Shown one piece after another: positions 23,166-24,000 of a DNA stretch of 24,000 nucleotides. The stretch's first letter is position 1, and every line of letters begins with the position of its first letter. The DNA comes from Saccharofermentans sp. (GTDB taxonomy: Bacteria > Bacillota > Clostridia > Saccharofermentanales > Saccharofermentanaceae), in NCBI GenBank assembly GCA_024684815.1, contig JAIKWL010000051.1, positions 43,339-67,338 on the forward strand, read 5' to 3'. A program made the position numbers and the translations under genes. The notes under the pieces are model-generated. The model was not told where the DNA came from. It made no database searches and saw only the letters and a list, made by a program, of their open reading frames with translations.

Positions 23166-23217
23166 AAACACCTCAAACTATGGCAAAATCGTATTTTTCC
23201 ATGACTGGACATTTTGG

Positions 23218-23226
23218 AGTATAGCA
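23218..23226 (-). promoter_or_regulatory. Candidate extended -10 element TGCTATACT upstream of the DUF2233 gene pair
   Basis: Read on the minus strand ~50 nt upstream of the ATG at 23165. A TTTACC lies 15 nt upstream. Confidence 0.3.
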
Positions 23227-23271
23227 TAAGGATCCCTTGGTAAATCCGCACGCGCGCGCAATGTCAACAAA

Positions 23272-23294
23272 CTGTAATATGCCTGATATTACAG
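23272..23294 (-). terminator. Hairpin CTGTAATAT-N5-ATATTACAG downstream of the CPBP gene (weak terminator candidate)
   Basis: A perfect 9-bp inverted repeat read directly. On the minus strand it is followed by UUUGUUG. The stem is AT-rich, and the hairpin lies ~30 nt after the stop at 23326. Confidence 0.45.
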
Positions 23295-23325
23295 CTTTTG
23301 TAACAGTGTTATCCCTGTTCGGATA

Positions 23326-24000
23326 TCAGCGGGTAACTCCGATTATCTTCGGAACAAAACCTATAACAAAATGGATAATGATGCTTCCGTAAACCGACTT
23401 GGTCTTCTCATAAAGATATCCGGTCACAACACACAATACTGCTGCTCCGAACATCATCGGGAGATCGTATCCCATATGGAGCACGAAGAAGAACAGCGCA
23501 GTCATCCAGACTGAGAAGTGTCTGTTGTACTTCTTGCATGAAGCGGTGATATTATCCTCAACGATCCCCTTTACGAAAAGTTCCTGCAAAACGGCACTTA
23601 TAGGATAGAACCAGCGCATATAAGTTCCGAGATAAAGACCAAACCACGGTCTTGCGGCGATCTCGGGGAAAAGCTGATTCTGAACGAGACGAATGATAAA
23701 AAGAGCAGCCACCATTATCACACTCATGATACCGGCAACGATAAGATCTTTTTTAAGTCTCTCTTTACCGGGTTTAAAGCACTCAAAATGTATCTTGAAT
23801 TTTGTGAATACCGCGAAAATGATCGAAAGGACCAGCAGATAGCATTCCATGACACGAGTAAGGATATACGCATTATCTTCGACAAGCGGTGCTCCCACTG
23901 CATGAGGAAATATCTTTATAACTACGACCTGACATGCAACGGCTGTCAAAAGAAACAGCGTTGTCGCAAGAGCCGGTGTAAGTCTTTTCCTAATCGTCAT
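23326..24000 (-). CDS. CPBP-family (CAAX/Abi-type) intramembrane protease homologue
   Basis: 224 aa with ~7 TM helices. Family motifs occur in the expected helices but with deviations: LQELFVKG (canonical EExxxR), FFFVLH (FxxxH), IIIHFVIG (HxxxN/D). The ATG sits exactly at the window edge, so the true N-terminus cannot be verified. Confidence 0.6.
   Translation of the reverse strand: MTIRKRLTPALATTLFLLTAVACQVVVIKIFPHAVGAPLVEDNAYILTRVMECYLLVLSIIFAVFTKFKIHFECFKPGKERLKKDLIVAGIMSVIMVAALFIIRLVQNQLFPEIAARPWFGLYLGTYMRWFYPISAVLQELFVKGIVEDNITASCKKYNRHFSVWMTALFFFVLHMGYDLPMMFGAAVLCVVTGYLYEKTKSVYGSIIIHFVIGFVPKIIGVTR

Noticed and set aside
23247-23259. Alternating CG run CGCACGCGCGCGC in the DUF2233-CPBP intergenic region
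   Set aside because: It is a single short tract with no repetition or spacer structure, so it is not CRISPR-like, and no adjacent motif gives it a function.
1-24000. Whole-window check for mobile elements, tRNA/rRNA, CRISPR repeats, toxin-antitoxin pairs and known phage-defence gene signatures
   Set aside because: I recognised no transposase, integrase or recombinase motif, no terminal inverted repeat pair, no regularly spaced repeats and no tRNA-like structure. No intergenic region exceeds 190 nt. The only large repeats are the two tandem gene duplications reported as features.

Overview
24-kb chromosomal window that looks like a low-GC Gram-positive genome of the Clostridia/Lachnospiraceae type. 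That placement is an inference from strong GGAGG-type Shine-Dalgarno sites, lipoboxes, TGn extended -10 boxes, and a YhaM gene plus a LytTR/DUF3021 pair. I support 21 protein-coding genes and one candidate 12-codon sORF; 19 of the 21 are on the minus strand. I recognised no rRNA, tRNA, CRISPR array, transposase, integrase or phage gene. Layout: yhaM-like RNase (+) | three tandem paralogous lipoproteins with a transglutaminase-like Cys-His-Asp core (-) | stand-alone LytTR regulator + small 4-TM partner (-) | OmpR-type response regulator, ABC ATPase, three homologous ABC-2 permeases, single-TM histidine kinase (-) | divergent 767-aa lipoprotein (+) | PHP phosphoesterase, OFA-type MFS transporter, GNAT, Maa/LacA-type acetyltransferase and a 1131-aa LacZ-like GH2 protein (-) | membrane-anchored unknown + DUF2233/phosphodiester-glycosidase protein (-) | CPBP-type membrane protease homologue (-, at window edge). 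Most notable observations: (1) A 10-kb co-directional envelope cluster links a peptide-resistance-type TCS/ABC module, a LytTR regulatory pair and the lipoprotein triplet. It contains an 11-bp perfect hairpin that can mask the first lipoprotein gene's SD and carries a TGnTATAAT box in its loop. (2) A 12-codon sORF with a near-ideal RBS sits in front of the LytTR gene. (3) The GH2 protein keeps both family signature motifs but has substitutions at their catalytic positions, and it sits in a lac-operon-like gene order. (4) In the divergent control region both start codons lack an SD and lie 6 nt after a -10-like hexamer. All homology calls are by eye from motifs and recalled reference sequences; no database search was possible.
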